Positions 1 through 10,169 of a DNA stretch of 32,000 nt are shown here, one piece after another (within the stretch, counting starts at the first letter, position 1; each line of letters opens with the position of its first letter). Source of the DNA: Ruminococcus albus 7 = DSM 20455. GTDB lineage: Bacteria > Bacillota > Clostridia > Oscillospirales > Ruminococcaceae. Where the stretch lies: positions 1,920,001 through 1,952,000 of the forward strand of contig NC_014833.1 in the NCBI RefSeq assembly GCF_000179635.2, in the 5' to 3' direction. The notes beneath the pieces were generated by a model. That model was not told the origin of the DNA. It did no database searches and was given only the letters and a program-made list of their open reading frames with translations. The position numbers were made by a program, and so were the translations under genes.

Positions 1-1
1 C

Positions 2-394
2 TATTGTCAGGATTTCTGGTGCTATCCTATGTTCAGCTCTATTTCAAGAATGATGGAAAAACCTGAGCCTGTAGGTACGATGGGACTTTTGAATGATGTA
101 TCACATCCTGCACTAAAAGGTTTTGCGTGCAGGAAGTATTCAACTCCTTCATGGTGGGATATTGTTATGTCATCACGGTTCGAGATACTTGATGGCAAGG
201 CTGAAGACAAGCGTGTGATAGTGCGTATGATAGACAACTTTGAGAGGAACCATGATCTGGCGATGTTGTATGAATACAACAAAAGCAGTGGCAAGGTAGT
301 TGTATGTACAAGTGATCCTGATAAACTGATGAAGTCCAATGAAGGCAGGGTGTTTTTACGGTCAGTTGTTGATTATGTTCGCGGTGTTACATGA
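2..394 (+). CDS. 3' end of a gene that begins upstream of the window; product not recognised
   Basis: The frame is open from the window edge (no stop between nt 2 and the Met at 29) to TGA 392-394, followed by AT-rich intergenic DNA. I can name no motif. Confidence 0.45.
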   Translation, partial: YCQDFWCYPMFSSISRMMEKPEPVGTMGLLNDVSHPALKGFACRKYSTPSWWDIVMSSRFEILDGKAEDKRVIVRMIDNFERNHDLAMLYEYNKSSGKVVVCTSDPDKLMKSNEGRVFLRSVVDYVRGVT

Positions 395-533
395 ATTTTG
401 ACCTTTTGTACAAATTGTTGTGTTTCAATTTGTATTTAGTGATGAAAGTGTGACTTAGGTTCATTAAAATGTTGAAATTTGACAAAAAGATGTGCTATAA
501 TTGAATAAACAATTATGAAGGCGGTGCAGCTTT

Positions 534-1517
534 ATGTCAGATATCAACAGAATAAAGGTATATAAATATAAGAATATTGCAGCGGCTATGGCTGTCATGC
601 TGTTGGCACTTGTGGCTCTGTCTACGTCCTGCAAGGTGGGAGATACTGATAAAAAGGCTAATAACATAGGAAACAGTACCGCTGACAGTTCAGCTGCTGA
701 TGATACGGCAGTCGATACTGCTAACGGAAAACGTCTTACTAAAAATTATGTCTATAAAGAAGTGCAGAGTGTCGGTGAGGGTCTGCTTGTACAGGTTGAC
801 AGCGATCATCCGTATATCGGCAAGATCGGAGAAACTGACACGCTCTATCGGTACCTGTTTACAGCTGACGGTGAACAGATCATGGCAGCGGGTCTGCCAA
901 GTGATGAAGCAATGACAGAGATGCTCATAGCACTAAATTCATTGGCAGTAGATTTCAGGAACGCTACAGGACTTGATACACTCATGGTAACATCCCTGAT
1001 CCCTGATGATACTGCTGTTAAAAAGGATGAGGCATATATAGGGTCCTGTGCCGATCTTATGGTGAATGAAGACGGTGAATATAAGCCTTTCACCGGTATT
1101 AAGGATTATGCTTGGGTAACGAATAACTGTTATAGATACGGTTTTGTAATGCGCGGTGCAAGCAGACTAAGGTATATCGGAAAAGAGGCTGCTGCCTGCA
1201 TAAAGGATATGAGCCGGTCAGAAGGTGCAGCAGGACTTGAAAAACTGGAAACTGCAATAAAGGATTATACTTTTGAAGAACCGCTGTATTTCACTTCGGA
1301 TGACGGAGCAGAGTATGCAGGATATTTTGTTCCTTCCGGTGATGGCGCAACAACCAGTGTACCGGTGCCTGCAAAGGCAGATGACAGCGAGTATGGTAAT
1401 TTTATTTCGGGTAATAATGATGACGGCTATATAGTTTTTGTTTCTCTTTCGGAGGATACTTCCGTGAAGAAAAACGGGGACGGCAGTAATGATAGTTCTG
1501 CTGCAGCCGGTGGATAA
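534..1517 (+). CDS. Putative lipoprotein with a VanY / peptidase M15B-like region that is possibly degenerate
   Basis: 327 aa. The N-terminus has a basic stretch, a hydrophobic helix and a lipobox-like ALSTSC. The block YAWVTNNCYRYGFVMRG...RYIGKEAA resembles the W..NA..YGF..RY...WH.RYVGKEAA signature of VanY-type D,D-carboxypeptidases. The usual SxHxxGxAxD and WH zinc-ligand positions read AYIGSCADL and RL here. Confidence 0.5.
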   Translation: MSDINRIKVYKYKNIAAAMAVMLLALVALSTSCKVGDTDKKANNIGNSTADSSAADDTAVDTANGKRLTKNYVYKEVQSVGEGLLVQVDSDHPYIGKIGETDTLYRYLFTADGEQIMAAGLPSDEAMTEMLIALNSLAVDFRNATGLDTLMVTSLIPDDTAVKKDEAYIGSCADLMVNEDGEYKPFTGIKDYAWVTNNCYRYGFVMRGASRLRYIGKEAAACIKDMSRSEGAAGLEKLETAIKDYTFEEPLYFTSDDGAEYAGYFVPSGDGATTSVPVPAKADDSEYGNFISGNNDDGYIVFVSLSEDTSVKKNGDGSNDSSAAAGG

Positions 1518-1530
1518 GGAGTAATTTTTT

Positions 1531-2364
1531 ATGATGAAGGAAACTATCGAACTTAGTTTTGATTTTGAAAAAGCCGGTATTGAGGATATCGGTGACAGAG
1601 CGACTCTTGAATGTTATTATAATACTTTCACAGAGCAACTCGGCAGAAAGCATCACCGTGCTATGGTGATATGTCCCGGTGGTGGGTATGATTTTTGTTC
1701 TGAAAGAGAATCAGAGCCGGTCGCGCTGAGATTTCTGGGACATGGTATCTGCTGTTTTGTTCTGAAATACACTTGTCAGAGAGCATTCCCTCAGAACGCA
1801 CTGGAATGTGCTGCGGCAGTGAAGTACGTAAGAGACAATGCGGAGAGATTTGATATTGATCCTGACAAGATAATAGTTATGGGATTTTCAGCAGGTGGTC
1901 ATCTGGCAGCAACTATGGCAAATCTTTGGAATGATGAGATACTAACAAAGCCACTTGGCTGTAAGCCAGAGGATATCAAGGTCAATGCTTCGATGCTTTG
2001 CTATCCTGTTATTACCAGCGATCACGAATTTACTCATGAGGGATCAATACAGAATCTTCTCAGAGGCAGAGAGGACGATAAGGAACTTCGTGACTATCTG
2101 GCTATGGAGAAGCACGTAGGTCCGCATACACCACAGACTTTCATCTGGCACTGTTCCGATGACGGATGTGTAAGGGTACAGAATTCTCTGTTCTATATGA
2201 CAGAACTTGCAAAGAACTGGATACCCTTTGAATCACATATCTACGAACACGGCGGACATGGCATAAGCCTCTGTGACGAGTCCACAGCTACCTGGGAAGG
2301 TCATATCCAACCTATATGTGAGGCGTGGACGGAAGCCGCTGTTAAGTGGGCACAAAGATTATAA
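1531..2364 (+). CDS. Alpha/beta-hydrolase, esterase/lipase-type (acetyl-esterase-like)
   Basis: 277 aa with AAGGAG RBS 9-10 nt upstream. It has an oxyanion-hole-like VICPGGGY, the nucleophile elbow GFSAGGHLA (GxSxG) and C-terminal HGGHG. Confidence 0.75.
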   Translation: MMKETIELSFDFEKAGIEDIGDRATLECYYNTFTEQLGRKHHRAMVICPGGGYDFCSERESEPVALRFLGHGICCFVLKYTCQRAFPQNALECAAAVKYVRDNAERFDIDPDKIIVMGFSAGGHLAATMANLWNDEILTKPLGCKPEDIKVNASMLCYPVITSDHEFTHEGSIQNLLRGREDDKELRDYLAMEKHVGPHTPQTFIWHCSDDGCVRVQNSLFYMTELAKNWIPFESHIYEHGGHGISLCDESTATWEGHIQPICEAWTEAAVKWAQRL

Positions 2365-2396
2365 GCCTGATAACTTAAATGTTTCATATAAGCACC

Positions 2397-2432
2397 ATAC
2401 CCGAAAGCGGCGTAAAAGCTGTTTTCGGGTAT
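2397..2432 (+). terminator. Hairpin downstream of the esterase gene; weak terminator candidate
   Basis: ATACCCGAAA (2397-2406) pairs perfectly with TTTCGGGTAT (2423-2432) across a 16-nt loop. The downstream T-tract is poor (ACTCTTTC). Confidence 0.4.
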
Positions 2433-2505
2433 ACTCTTTCATGATGTATTAACAAGTTTCTGTTCTTATGCATAGTATATACCATGAAATGACGGAGGTG
2501 CTTTT

Positions 2506-3570
2506 ATGTCAGAAAAATATTTTTTGGGCTGCATGACACAGCAGGGATTTTCTACAGGTTTTGGCAGGCTTATGGCTGAGGATGGTGTTTTTACTTATAT
2601 CCTCAAGGGAGGAGCAGGTACGGGTAAATCCTCGCTGATGAAACGTATCGCAGCAGAATTTGAAAATAGTGAACATATCGTCAGGTTTTATTGTTCATCT
2701 GATCCTGCTTCACTGGATGCTGTTATGCTTGAAACTTCGGGAGTACTGATCGTTGATGGTACTGCTCCTCATGTTTTCGATCCTGTATATCCTGCTGTTA
2801 AGCAGAAGATCATTGACCTGGGACGATTCTGGGATGAAGATAAACTGCTGCCATATAAGGATGAAATAATCGGGGTAACAGATAAGAACAAGTCGCTTCT
2901 TGAAAGGGCGAAAAGATTCTCTGTCGCACTTTCAAATGTATGTGGTGACAGCTTCAGTACATCACTAGGATGTATAGATGAAAAAAAGCTGGATGCCTTT
3001 ATGTCGCGATTATATAAAAAGCTGCTGCCGCGAAAGGGTAATGGTACCGGCAAGCGTGAGCTTCGTCAGCTATCAGCCCTGACAGAATTTGGATGTATGA
3101 CCTTTACCGAAACGATCGACAGCTACACAGATAAATATCTTCTCTGTGATGAGGACTTCGCCTGTGCACACATCATATGTGAAAAAATAGCCGCTGAGGC
3201 AGTCCGCAGGGGGTTTGATGTAATATTGTGTCCGTGTCAGTGGCTGAATAATACTTCTTACGAACATCTGCTCATACCTGAACTTGGTCTTGCGTTTATA
3301 TCATCGACACAGCTGAATCATTTTGCCGCTGATGACAGCATAAAGCTGAAGCTATCTCGTTTCTATGATAAGGATGCTATAACACGCTGCAAAAGAAGGC
3401 TTAAAATGAACAGGCTTACTATCAGTGCACTGTCAGATGAGGTATACTCTGCTATCAGGTCGGCAAAGGCAGTCCATGATGAAATCGAGAAGTATTATAT
3501 CGATGCTATGGACTTTGTCAGGATCGAAAAACTTACTGATGAGCTCATATCGGAAATAAAGAAAAAATAG
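2506..3570 (+). CDS. P-loop NTPase of unknown function (conserved Firmicutes ATPase family)
   Basis: 354 aa with GGAGG RBS. It has Walker A GGAGTGKSS and a Walker-B-like GVLIVDGTAPHVFDP. I recognise no other domain. Confidence 0.7.
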   Translation: MSEKYFLGCMTQQGFSTGFGRLMAEDGVFTYILKGGAGTGKSSLMKRIAAEFENSEHIVRFYCSSDPASLDAVMLETSGVLIVDGTAPHVFDPVYPAVKQKIIDLGRFWDEDKLLPYKDEIIGVTDKNKSLLERAKRFSVALSNVCGDSFSTSLGCIDEKKLDAFMSRLYKKLLPRKGNGTGKRELRQLSALTEFGCMTFTETIDSYTDKYLLCDEDFACAHIICEKIAAEAVRRGFDVILCPCQWLNNTSYEHLLIPELGLAFISSTQLNHFAADDSIKLKLSRFYDKDAITRCKRRLKMNRLTISALSDEVYSAIRSAKAVHDEIEKYYIDAMDFVRIEKLTDELISEIKKK

Positions 3571-3578
3571 TACAAAAA

Positions 3579-3612
3579 ATATCCCTCTTCTGCGGAAGGG
3601 GGATATGCTTTT
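3579..3612 (+). terminator. Rho-independent terminator after the ATPase gene
   Basis: ATATCCCTCTTC / TGCG loop / GAAGGGGGATAT forms a 12-bp stem with 1 mismatch, followed by GCTTTTGTT. Confidence 0.7.
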
Positions 3613-3708
3613 GTTATATATAATAATAAATTTAATTTTTTACTCTTGTAAAAATATTTCCGAAGTGATATAATATATATTAATTATTTTATAATGGGGG
3701 TAGTATAG

Positions 3709-5745
3709 ATGTTCAAGTGGAGGATAGGCAAGCCCGATCCGGAGAAGGTCGAGTATTTTTTGAAAAAGACCGATCTTAACAGGCTTGTGCTTGAGATTCT
3801 TTCCGCACGTGGGATAGATGATGAGGACAGTATCGTAAGCTTTTTTACCGAGCAGGAGCTTGAGGATCCTATGATGATAAAGGATATGGACAAGGCAGTT
3901 GAAACCATTGAACAGGCTGTAGATGCTTATGAGCTTATATGTGTTTATGGAGATTACGACTGTGACGGTATAACGTCGACCTCGATACTTTTCAACTATC
4001 TTGAGAGTATGGGTGCGAATGTAATGTACTACATCCCCGAAAGAGAAGCAGGCTACGGCATGAATATAGCAGCTATAGAGGAGCTTGCCGAAAAGGATGT
4101 CAAGCTTATAGTTACGGTGGATAATGGTATTTCTTCGGTAGAAGAGGCAAAACGCTGCCGTGAACTCGGCATAAAGCTTGTTATCACCGATCATCATCAG
4201 GTAGGTGACGAACTTCCTGAAGCTGAAGCTATAGTTGACCCTCACCGTCCGGATTGCCCCAGCAGCTTCAAAGATCTGTGTGGAGCAGGTGTCGCTCTGA
4301 AACTTTGTGCAGCCCTTGACGGAGGCAGTTATGATGCAGCTGTTGAGCAGTACTCCGATCTTTGTGCCATAGGTACAGTTGCTGATATCGTACCACTGAA
4401 GGGTGAGAACAGAACACTTGTTAAGGCAGGATTCAGGTATCTGCCCAACACAGAAAATGCCGGTCTGGGCATACTTCTGGATAAACTGAAGATCGACCGA
4501 AAAAGGATAGTATCAGATCATATCGGTTTCAGGATAGGCCCTGTTATAAATGCATCAGGACGATTCGGTTCACCGTTGACTGCTGTAAAAGCTATACTCA
4601 GCGAGGATATGGAAGATGCCGAGAGCTATGTTGATACTATGATAACTCTGAATTCTCAGCGCAAGAAATGCGAGCAGGAAATTATGAAGGATATCGAGGA
4701 CTACATAAGGAATGACCCGAAGGTGCTTGATCACAGAGTTATAGTACTGGCAGGAAAGGGCTGGCATCATGGAGTCATCGGTATAGTGGCTTCAAAGATA
4801 CTAGACCGTTACAGTAAGCCGACTATCATAATCTCTATCGAGGACGGCGGCATGGCGAGGGGCTCTGCAAGATCTGTTAAGGGGCTGAATATCCACACTT
4901 GTCTGACGTACTGTGCTGAGCTCCTTACGAAATTCGGCGGACACGAATGTGCAGGCGGATTTTCATTGAAAGAGGAGGATATCAGCAAATTTACCGAAAA
5001 AGTCTATGAGTACTCAGCGGGGCTCGAAAAGCCTGCGGTAAAGACACTTTATGCTGATAAAGTGCTTATGCCGGCTGACCTTGACGTTGAGATGGTAAAG
5101 GGTCTTAGTGTTCTAGAACCGATCGGTGAGGGAAATCCAAGACCGTTGTTTGCCGTGCTTGGTGCCAGGGTAAATGAGATAATCCCGCTTAAAGATAATG
5201 CTCACACCAAGCTGTCTTTCACTTATGGCAGGACTAATGCTTATGCGCTGATATTCGGGCAGGATCCCACAAAGCTGTGTTTTGCTAAGGGCGATCTAAT
5301 CGATATGATGGTCGAACTTGATATAAATGTATTCAATGACAGAGAATCCGTGACAGTAAGAGTAGTAGATCACAGACTCAGCGGTGTGAAGCAGGACAGA
5401 TACTTTGCTGCAAAGGATACCTATGAGAAACTGATGAACGGTGAGGAAGTCCCTGTCAGCTTTGTTAAAAAGGTCATACCCGAGCGTGAAGAGCTGGTCA
5501 GCGTATACAAATATCTCAGCAGCGTAAGGGAGATAAGTCTTGACGCGCTATTTATGAGATTGTCCAGTGACAGTATGAACTACTGTAAGCTGAGGATAAT
5601 AACGGATATATTCAGAGATAAGGAACTGATATCCGTTGATGGAGCATCTATGATGATAAATATCCTTCCTGCCCACAAAAAAGTGGTGCTGGAGGAATCC
5701 GATACGCTTGTAAAGCTTAGAAAAATGATAGAAGAAAAAGAATGA
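3709..5745 (+). CDS. recJ: Single-stranded-DNA-specific exonuclease RecJ
   Basis: 678 aa. DHH-family motifs are present: GDYDCDGITS, TVDNG, ITDHH, and the DHHA1-type GGHECAGG. Length and N-terminal layout are typical of RecJ. Confidence 0.9.
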   Translation: MFKWRIGKPDPEKVEYFLKKTDLNRLVLEILSARGIDDEDSIVSFFTEQELEDPMMIKDMDKAVETIEQAVDAYELICVYGDYDCDGITSTSILFNYLESMGANVMYYIPEREAGYGMNIAAIEELAEKDVKLIVTVDNGISSVEEAKRCRELGIKLVITDHHQVGDELPEAEAIVDPHRPDCPSSFKDLCGAGVALKLCAALDGGSYDAAVEQYSDLCAIGTVADIVPLKGENRTLVKAGFRYLPNTENAGLGILLDKLKIDRKRIVSDHIGFRIGPVINASGRFGSPLTAVKAILSEDMEDAESYVDTMITLNSQRKKCEQEIMKDIEDYIRNDPKVLDHRVIVLAGKGWHHGVIGIVASKILDRYSKPTIIISIEDGGMARGSARSVKGLNIHTCLTYCAELLTKFGGHECAGGFSLKEEDISKFTEKVYEYSAGLEKPAVKTLYADKVLMPADLDVEMVKGLSVLEPIGEGNPRPLFAVLGARVNEIIPLKDNAHTKLSFTYGRTNAYALIFGQDPTKLCFAKGDLIDMMVELDINVFNDRESVTVRVVDHRLSGVKQDRYFAAKDTYEKLMNGEEVPVSFVKKVIPEREELVSVYKYLSSVREISLDALFMRLSSDSMNYCKLRIITDIFRDKELISVDGASMMINILPAHKKVVLEESDTLVKLRKMIEEKE

Positions 5746-5760
5746 AGGGTGGAATAGCTG

Positions 5761-8049
5761 ATGTCTGAGAACAACCGATCCAATGGGGAAGAAGCACCGA
5801 GAAGAAGTACATACGAAACTGCAGAGGGAAGCCTGCAGATCCCTGCATATATACTGAAAGCAAGCAGACAGGTATATACTATAGATATGATCGTCCAGAA
5901 GGTTCTGGACAGTGAGAAACAGTATGATCTTTCAAAGATAGTATCAGCATACGAGCTAGCCGAGAAGTATCATCATGATCAGAAAAGAGAATCTGGCGAG
6001 CCATATATATCTCATCCTATAGCAGTCGGTTATATACTCCTTGAACTGGGTATGGATACCGATACTATCTGTGCGGCACTTCTGCACGATGTTGTCGAGG
6101 ATACGGATTGTACTCTTGAACAGCTGCACAAGATGTTTGGTATTGATGTGACCATGCTGGTAAATGGTGTAACAAAACTTGGCGAGGTGGAGATATTCAC
6201 CAAGGATGAGCAGAAAGCTGAAAATATCAGAAAAATACTGCTTGCTATGAGTGAGGATATAAGAGTTATCATAATCAAGCTAGCGGACAGGCTCCATAAT
6301 ATGCGCACGCTGAATTTCTGCCGTGATGACAAGAGAAGGACCATAGCGCGAGAAACTATGAATATCTATGCTCCTATCGCTCACAGGCTGGGTATACGTT
6401 CCATAAAGGATGAACTGGAAGACCTTTCGTTTTTTTATCTTGATCCCTTTGCACATGAGGAGATAGAACAAATGATGGCACTGCGCCGCGACAGCCGTGA
6501 AGCACTGGTAGAAAGCATCAAGGATAAGATCGCGGAGCGTCTTGCCAAGGAATTTGATCCCGCACCGACAGTATCGGGACGTGTAAAGAGCAACTACGGC
6601 ATATATAAAAAGGTATACCGTGACGGCAAGGATATAGATGAGATATATGACAGATACGCTGTAAGAGTTATAGTAAATACTGTAAATGAGTGCTATAATG
6701 TCCTTGGTATAATCCACGATATGTTCAAGCCCATACCCAACAGGTTCAAGGATTATATATCAACTCCTAAGGCGAATATGTATCAGTCACTGCACACCAC
6801 TGTTATAGGCAGAGAAGGCATACCTTTTGAAGTACAGATAAGAACATGGGATATGCACCGCCTTGCAGAATACGGCATCGCTGCCCATTGGAAGTACAAA
6901 GAGGGCGTAAAGAGTAATGCTAAGGATGACAAGCGTCTTGCATGGATAAGACAGATAATTGAGAATCAGAAGGAATCAAATGACGTAGAGGAGATAGTAA
7001 GGGCGATAAAGAGCGATCTTTCTCCTGAGGACGTTTTTGCATTCACTCCTAAGGGAGATATGATCACACTTCCTGTAGGTTCTACTGTTATAGACTTTGC
7101 TTATGCGATACATACCGAAGTCGGTCATCGTATGAGCGGTGCTAAGGTCAATGAGAAAATGGTGTCCTATGACCATAAGATCAGCACCGGTGAGATCATT
7201 GAGATACTGACATCTAATGTAGCAGGGCATGGACCCAGCAGGTCATGGCTCAATATTGCCAAGACCAATGAAGCCAAATCCAAGATACGCTCATGGTTTA
7301 AAAAGGAAAGACGTGAGGAGAATATCTTTGAGGGCAGGGCAGCGCTTGAAAGAGAGTTCAGAAAGCACATGATACGTGTCCCCGAGGACGAACTTGAGGA
7401 ATTCCTGAGGCTGGATATGAAGCGCCACAATTGTGATACGCTTGACGATTTCTTTGCGGCAATAGGGTATGGCGGAGTACAGCTTTCCAAGCTCATGCAG
7501 AGGCTGAAGGATTCATATAACAAGAAGTACGGAGAGAAGGCTGATGAATCAGAAGATTCTGTTGTAAAGCCTGTAAAATCATCTTCAGGTGTTGTGGTCG
7601 ATGGCATAGAGGACTGTATGATAAAGTTCGCGCAGTGCTGCAACCCTCTGCCCGGGGATGAGATAATAGGTTTCATAACCAGAGGTCATGGAGTATCTGT
7701 ACACAAAAAGGATTGTCTGAACTATGTGAACCAGATGAACAAGGGTGAGAACACTGAGCGCTGGGTCAACGTAAGCTGGGCTAAGAACAGCGACAGGAAC
7801 AATACCACGTACTTCAAGACCACTCTTGATATCATCGCAGTGGACAGAATAGGTCTTCTGGCAGATGTTTCTTCGGCACTGGCGATGATAAACGTGTTTA
7901 TTTATGAATCAACTTCAAGAGAACTTAAAAACGGTAATGCGCTGATGTCCATAACCGTAAGCATAGCGGGCATGGAGCAGCTGAAGACCGTTATGAGCAA
8001 GCTTCAGAAGATCAAGAATGTGATCTCAGTTGAAAGAAGCGGAAAGTAG
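5761..8049 (+). CDS. relA: Bifunctional (p)ppGpp synthetase/hydrolase (RelA/SpoT homologue)
   Basis: 762 aa. It has the HD hydrolase motif HDVVEDT, the synthetase block YISTPKANMYQSLHTTV, TGS, a zinc-finger-like CCNPLPGDEIIGFITRGHGVSVHKKDC, and a C-terminal ACT-like domain. Confidence 0.93.
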   Translation: MSENNRSNGEEAPRRSTYETAEGSLQIPAYILKASRQVYTIDMIVQKVLDSEKQYDLSKIVSAYELAEKYHHDQKRESGEPYISHPIAVGYILLELGMDTDTICAALLHDVVEDTDCTLEQLHKMFGIDVTMLVNGVTKLGEVEIFTKDEQKAENIRKILLAMSEDIRVIIIKLADRLHNMRTLNFCRDDKRRTIARETMNIYAPIAHRLGIRSIKDELEDLSFFYLDPFAHEEIEQMMALRRDSREALVESIKDKIAERLAKEFDPAPTVSGRVKSNYGIYKKVYRDGKDIDEIYDRYAVRVIVNTVNECYNVLGIIHDMFKPIPNRFKDYISTPKANMYQSLHTTVIGREGIPFEVQIRTWDMHRLAEYGIAAHWKYKEGVKSNAKDDKRLAWIRQIIENQKESNDVEEIVRAIKSDLSPEDVFAFTPKGDMITLPVGSTVIDFAYAIHTEVGHRMSGAKVNEKMVSYDHKISTGEIIEILTSNVAGHGPSRSWLNIAKTNEAKSKIRSWFKKERREENIFEGRAALEREFRKHMIRVPEDELEEFLRLDMKRHNCDTLDDFFAAIGYGGVQLSKLMQRLKDSYNKKYGEKADESEDSVVKPVKSSSGVVVDGIEDCMIKFAQCCNPLPGDEIIGFITRGHGVSVHKKDCLNYVNQMNKGENTERWVNVSWAKNSDRNNTTYFKTTLDIIAVDRIGLLADVSSALAMINVFIYESTSRELKNGNALMSITVSIAGMEQLKTVMSKLQKIKNVISVERSGK

Positions 8050-8055
8050 GTCAGT

Positions 8056-8703
8056 ATGAAAGTTATCAGATTAAAACCCCTGAGTATATGTGAAACAAAC
8101 AGCTACATCGTTATCAGCAAGCAGAACAATGCTGTGCTTATAGATGCACCCTTTGATGCACCTTATATACTGGCAGAACTTGAAAACAATAACTGCACCC
8201 TGAAAAAGATATTTCTGACTCACGGTCATTTCGATCATATTGGTGCGGTAGCTGATCTTGTGGAAGCTACTGGTTGTGAGGTGTATATACACCCACTTGA
8301 CGAAAAAATGCTTCGCTCAGGTGATGAGATGCTGGCTGTTCATTTCAGGTCAAGGGGATACAAAAGCTATAATGGCGATGTAAAGCTTTTTACCGAGAAT
8401 GATATAATTCGTCTAGACGAGCTGGAGTTCGATATACTGGAAACTCCCGGACATACACCGGGGTCTGTATGCTATATATGCGGTGATGTTATGTTTACAG
8501 GCGATACCCTTTTCAACCGTTCGATAGGCCGTACCGACCTTGAAGGCGGAAACTTCTCTCAGATGAAAAGATCACTTGGCCGTATAGCTGAACTTGGAGG
8601 AGATCTTACCATATATCCGGGGCATATGGGTATTACAACTCTTGATTCGGAAAGAAAGTTTAATCCGTATCTCAGGGAGAATTCGGGCGGTGGATTTATA
8701 TGA
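8056..8703 (+). CDS. MBL-fold metallo-hydrolase (glyoxalase II-like)
   Basis: 215 aa with the THGHFDHIG (HxHxDH) motif, later GHTPGS and a C-terminal PGH. It starts 7 nt after the relA stop. Confidence 0.85.
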   Translation: MKVIRLKPLSICETNSYIVISKQNNAVLIDAPFDAPYILAELENNNCTLKKIFLTHGHFDHIGAVADLVEATGCEVYIHPLDEKMLRSGDEMLAVHFRSRGYKSYNGDVKLFTENDIIRLDELEFDILETPGHTPGSVCYICGDVMFTGDTLFNRSIGRTDLEGGNFSQMKRSLGRIAELGGDLTIYPGHMGITTLDSERKFNPYLRENSGGGFI

Positions 8704-10169
8704 CGCTTATCCTGAGCGGAAATGATTATAAATATGAACTGGAAGGCGTGCTGAAGCTTTTTATCCCGGCTACTCAGTTCACTCATATGTATGCAGATAA
8801 GGCAGATATCTCTGACGATTATGTTTTTGCAAGGGTAAGGGAGTATGCCGATACCACTCTTTTGTATGTTATATGCAGCTATAAAGGTATCAAAAAGCGT
8901 AAGGGCAAACTGTTATACAAGACCGATGGCAAAAATCAGGATAAAGAACTTTGTCTTTCAAGGATTTTGTACAAGGTTCTGTCTGAAATTACAGGTATAG
9001 TCCCTAAGTGGGGAGTTATAACAGGTATACGTCCTGTAAAGAGAGTAAACACATGGCTGAATGAGGGCATCTGCAGGGAAGAGATATATTCCCGTCTGCA
9101 GAATGAGTATCTGTGCAGCAAGGAAAAATGCGATATAGCATTTTCAACTGCTATGACACAGAAACAGATACTCGATGCGCTTGATAAGAAGTCTTTCAGC
9201 CTTTATGTTTCCATACCTTTCTGCCCTACAAGATGCTCGTACTGCTCTTTTATATCTCAGACCCTTGACAGCGGCAGAAAGCTGATACCTGAGTATATAG
9301 ACAAAATGTGCCGTGAGATAAGGCATACTGCCCTCATAACAAAACGACTCGGGCTTAAACTGGACACGGTGTATTTTGGTGGAGGTACTCCTACTTCCAT
9401 AGAAGCATCGCAGCTGGCTGCTCTTATGAAATGTATCGAGCACAGCTTTGATATGTCATCGGTAAGGGAATATACAGTTGAAGCAGGAAGACCTGATACC
9501 ATAACTGAAGAAAAACTCAGGACTATCAAAGCAAACGGATGTACACGTATCTCTATAAATCCTCAGAGCCTGAATCCTGATGTGCTTGAGGCTATAGGTC
9601 GTTCACACAGCGTAGATCAGTTTTATGACAGCTACGATCTGGCACGCAAAATAGGCTTTTCCTGCATAAATACCGATGTTATTGCCGGGCTTCCAGAGGA
9701 TACGGTTGAAAGCTTCGCTGATACTATCGATAAGCTTCTCGGCTTATCCCCTGAGAATTTTACCGTTCATACTCTTTCTATAAAGAGGGCTGCACTGCTG
9801 AATCAGGGTGATAAAGAGGTGCTAAAAAATCCCACCGATGAAATGGTTGAACACGCGACAAAACGTCTGTTTGACAGCAGATATCTGCCATACTATCTGT
9901 ACAGGCAGAAGAATATGGTAGGTAATCTTGAAAATATAGGCTGGTCAAAGCAGGGATACGAAAGTCTTTACAATATCTATATAATGGAAGAAGTTCAGAC
10001 TATACTTGCAATCGGCGCAGGGGCTTCTACTAAACTGGTAGACTATCCCGAACGGCTGGAGCGTGTATTCAACTACAAGTTCCCGCTGGAATACAACAAG
10101 CATTTTGATCTGATGCTTTCCAGAAAGGATGTAATTGAGGAATTTTATGGAAGATCTCAAGAAAAATGA
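8700..10169 (+). CDS. hemZ: Radical-SAM coproporphyrinogen dehydrogenase-like protein, HemZ type
   Basis: 489 aa. It has the CPTRCSYCSF (CxxxCxxC) cluster motif, GGGTPT, and an N-terminal extension of about 160 aa typical of HemZ rather than HemN. An ATGA overlap joins it to the MBL gene stop. Confidence 0.75.
   Translation: MTLILSGNDYKYELEGVLKLFIPATQFTHMYADKADISDDYVFARVREYADTTLLYVICSYKGIKKRKGKLLYKTDGKNQDKELCLSRILYKVLSEITGIVPKWGVITGIRPVKRVNTWLNEGICREEIYSRLQNEYLCSKEKCDIAFSTAMTQKQILDALDKKSFSLYVSIPFCPTRCSYCSFISQTLDSGRKLIPEYIDKMCREIRHTALITKRLGLKLDTVYFGGGTPTSIEASQLAALMKCIEHSFDMSSVREYTVEAGRPDTITEEKLRTIKANGCTRISINPQSLNPDVLEAIGRSHSVDQFYDSYDLARKIGFSCINTDVIAGLPEDTVESFADTIDKLLGLSPENFTVHTLSIKRAALLNQGDKEVLKNPTDEMVEHATKRLFDSRYLPYYLYRQKNMVGNLENIGWSKQGYESLYNIYIMEEVQTILAIGAGASTKLVDYPERLERVFNYKFPLEYNKHFDLMLSRKDVIEEFYGRSQEK

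Noticed and set aside
3640-4245. 201-aa - strand ORF (plus the nested 74-aa ORF)
   Set aside because: It is antisense to the 5' part of recJ, which carries clear DHH motifs.
6280-7676. 145-aa, 84-aa and 169-aa - strand ORFs
   Set aside because: All are antisense to relA and none has an RBS or motif.
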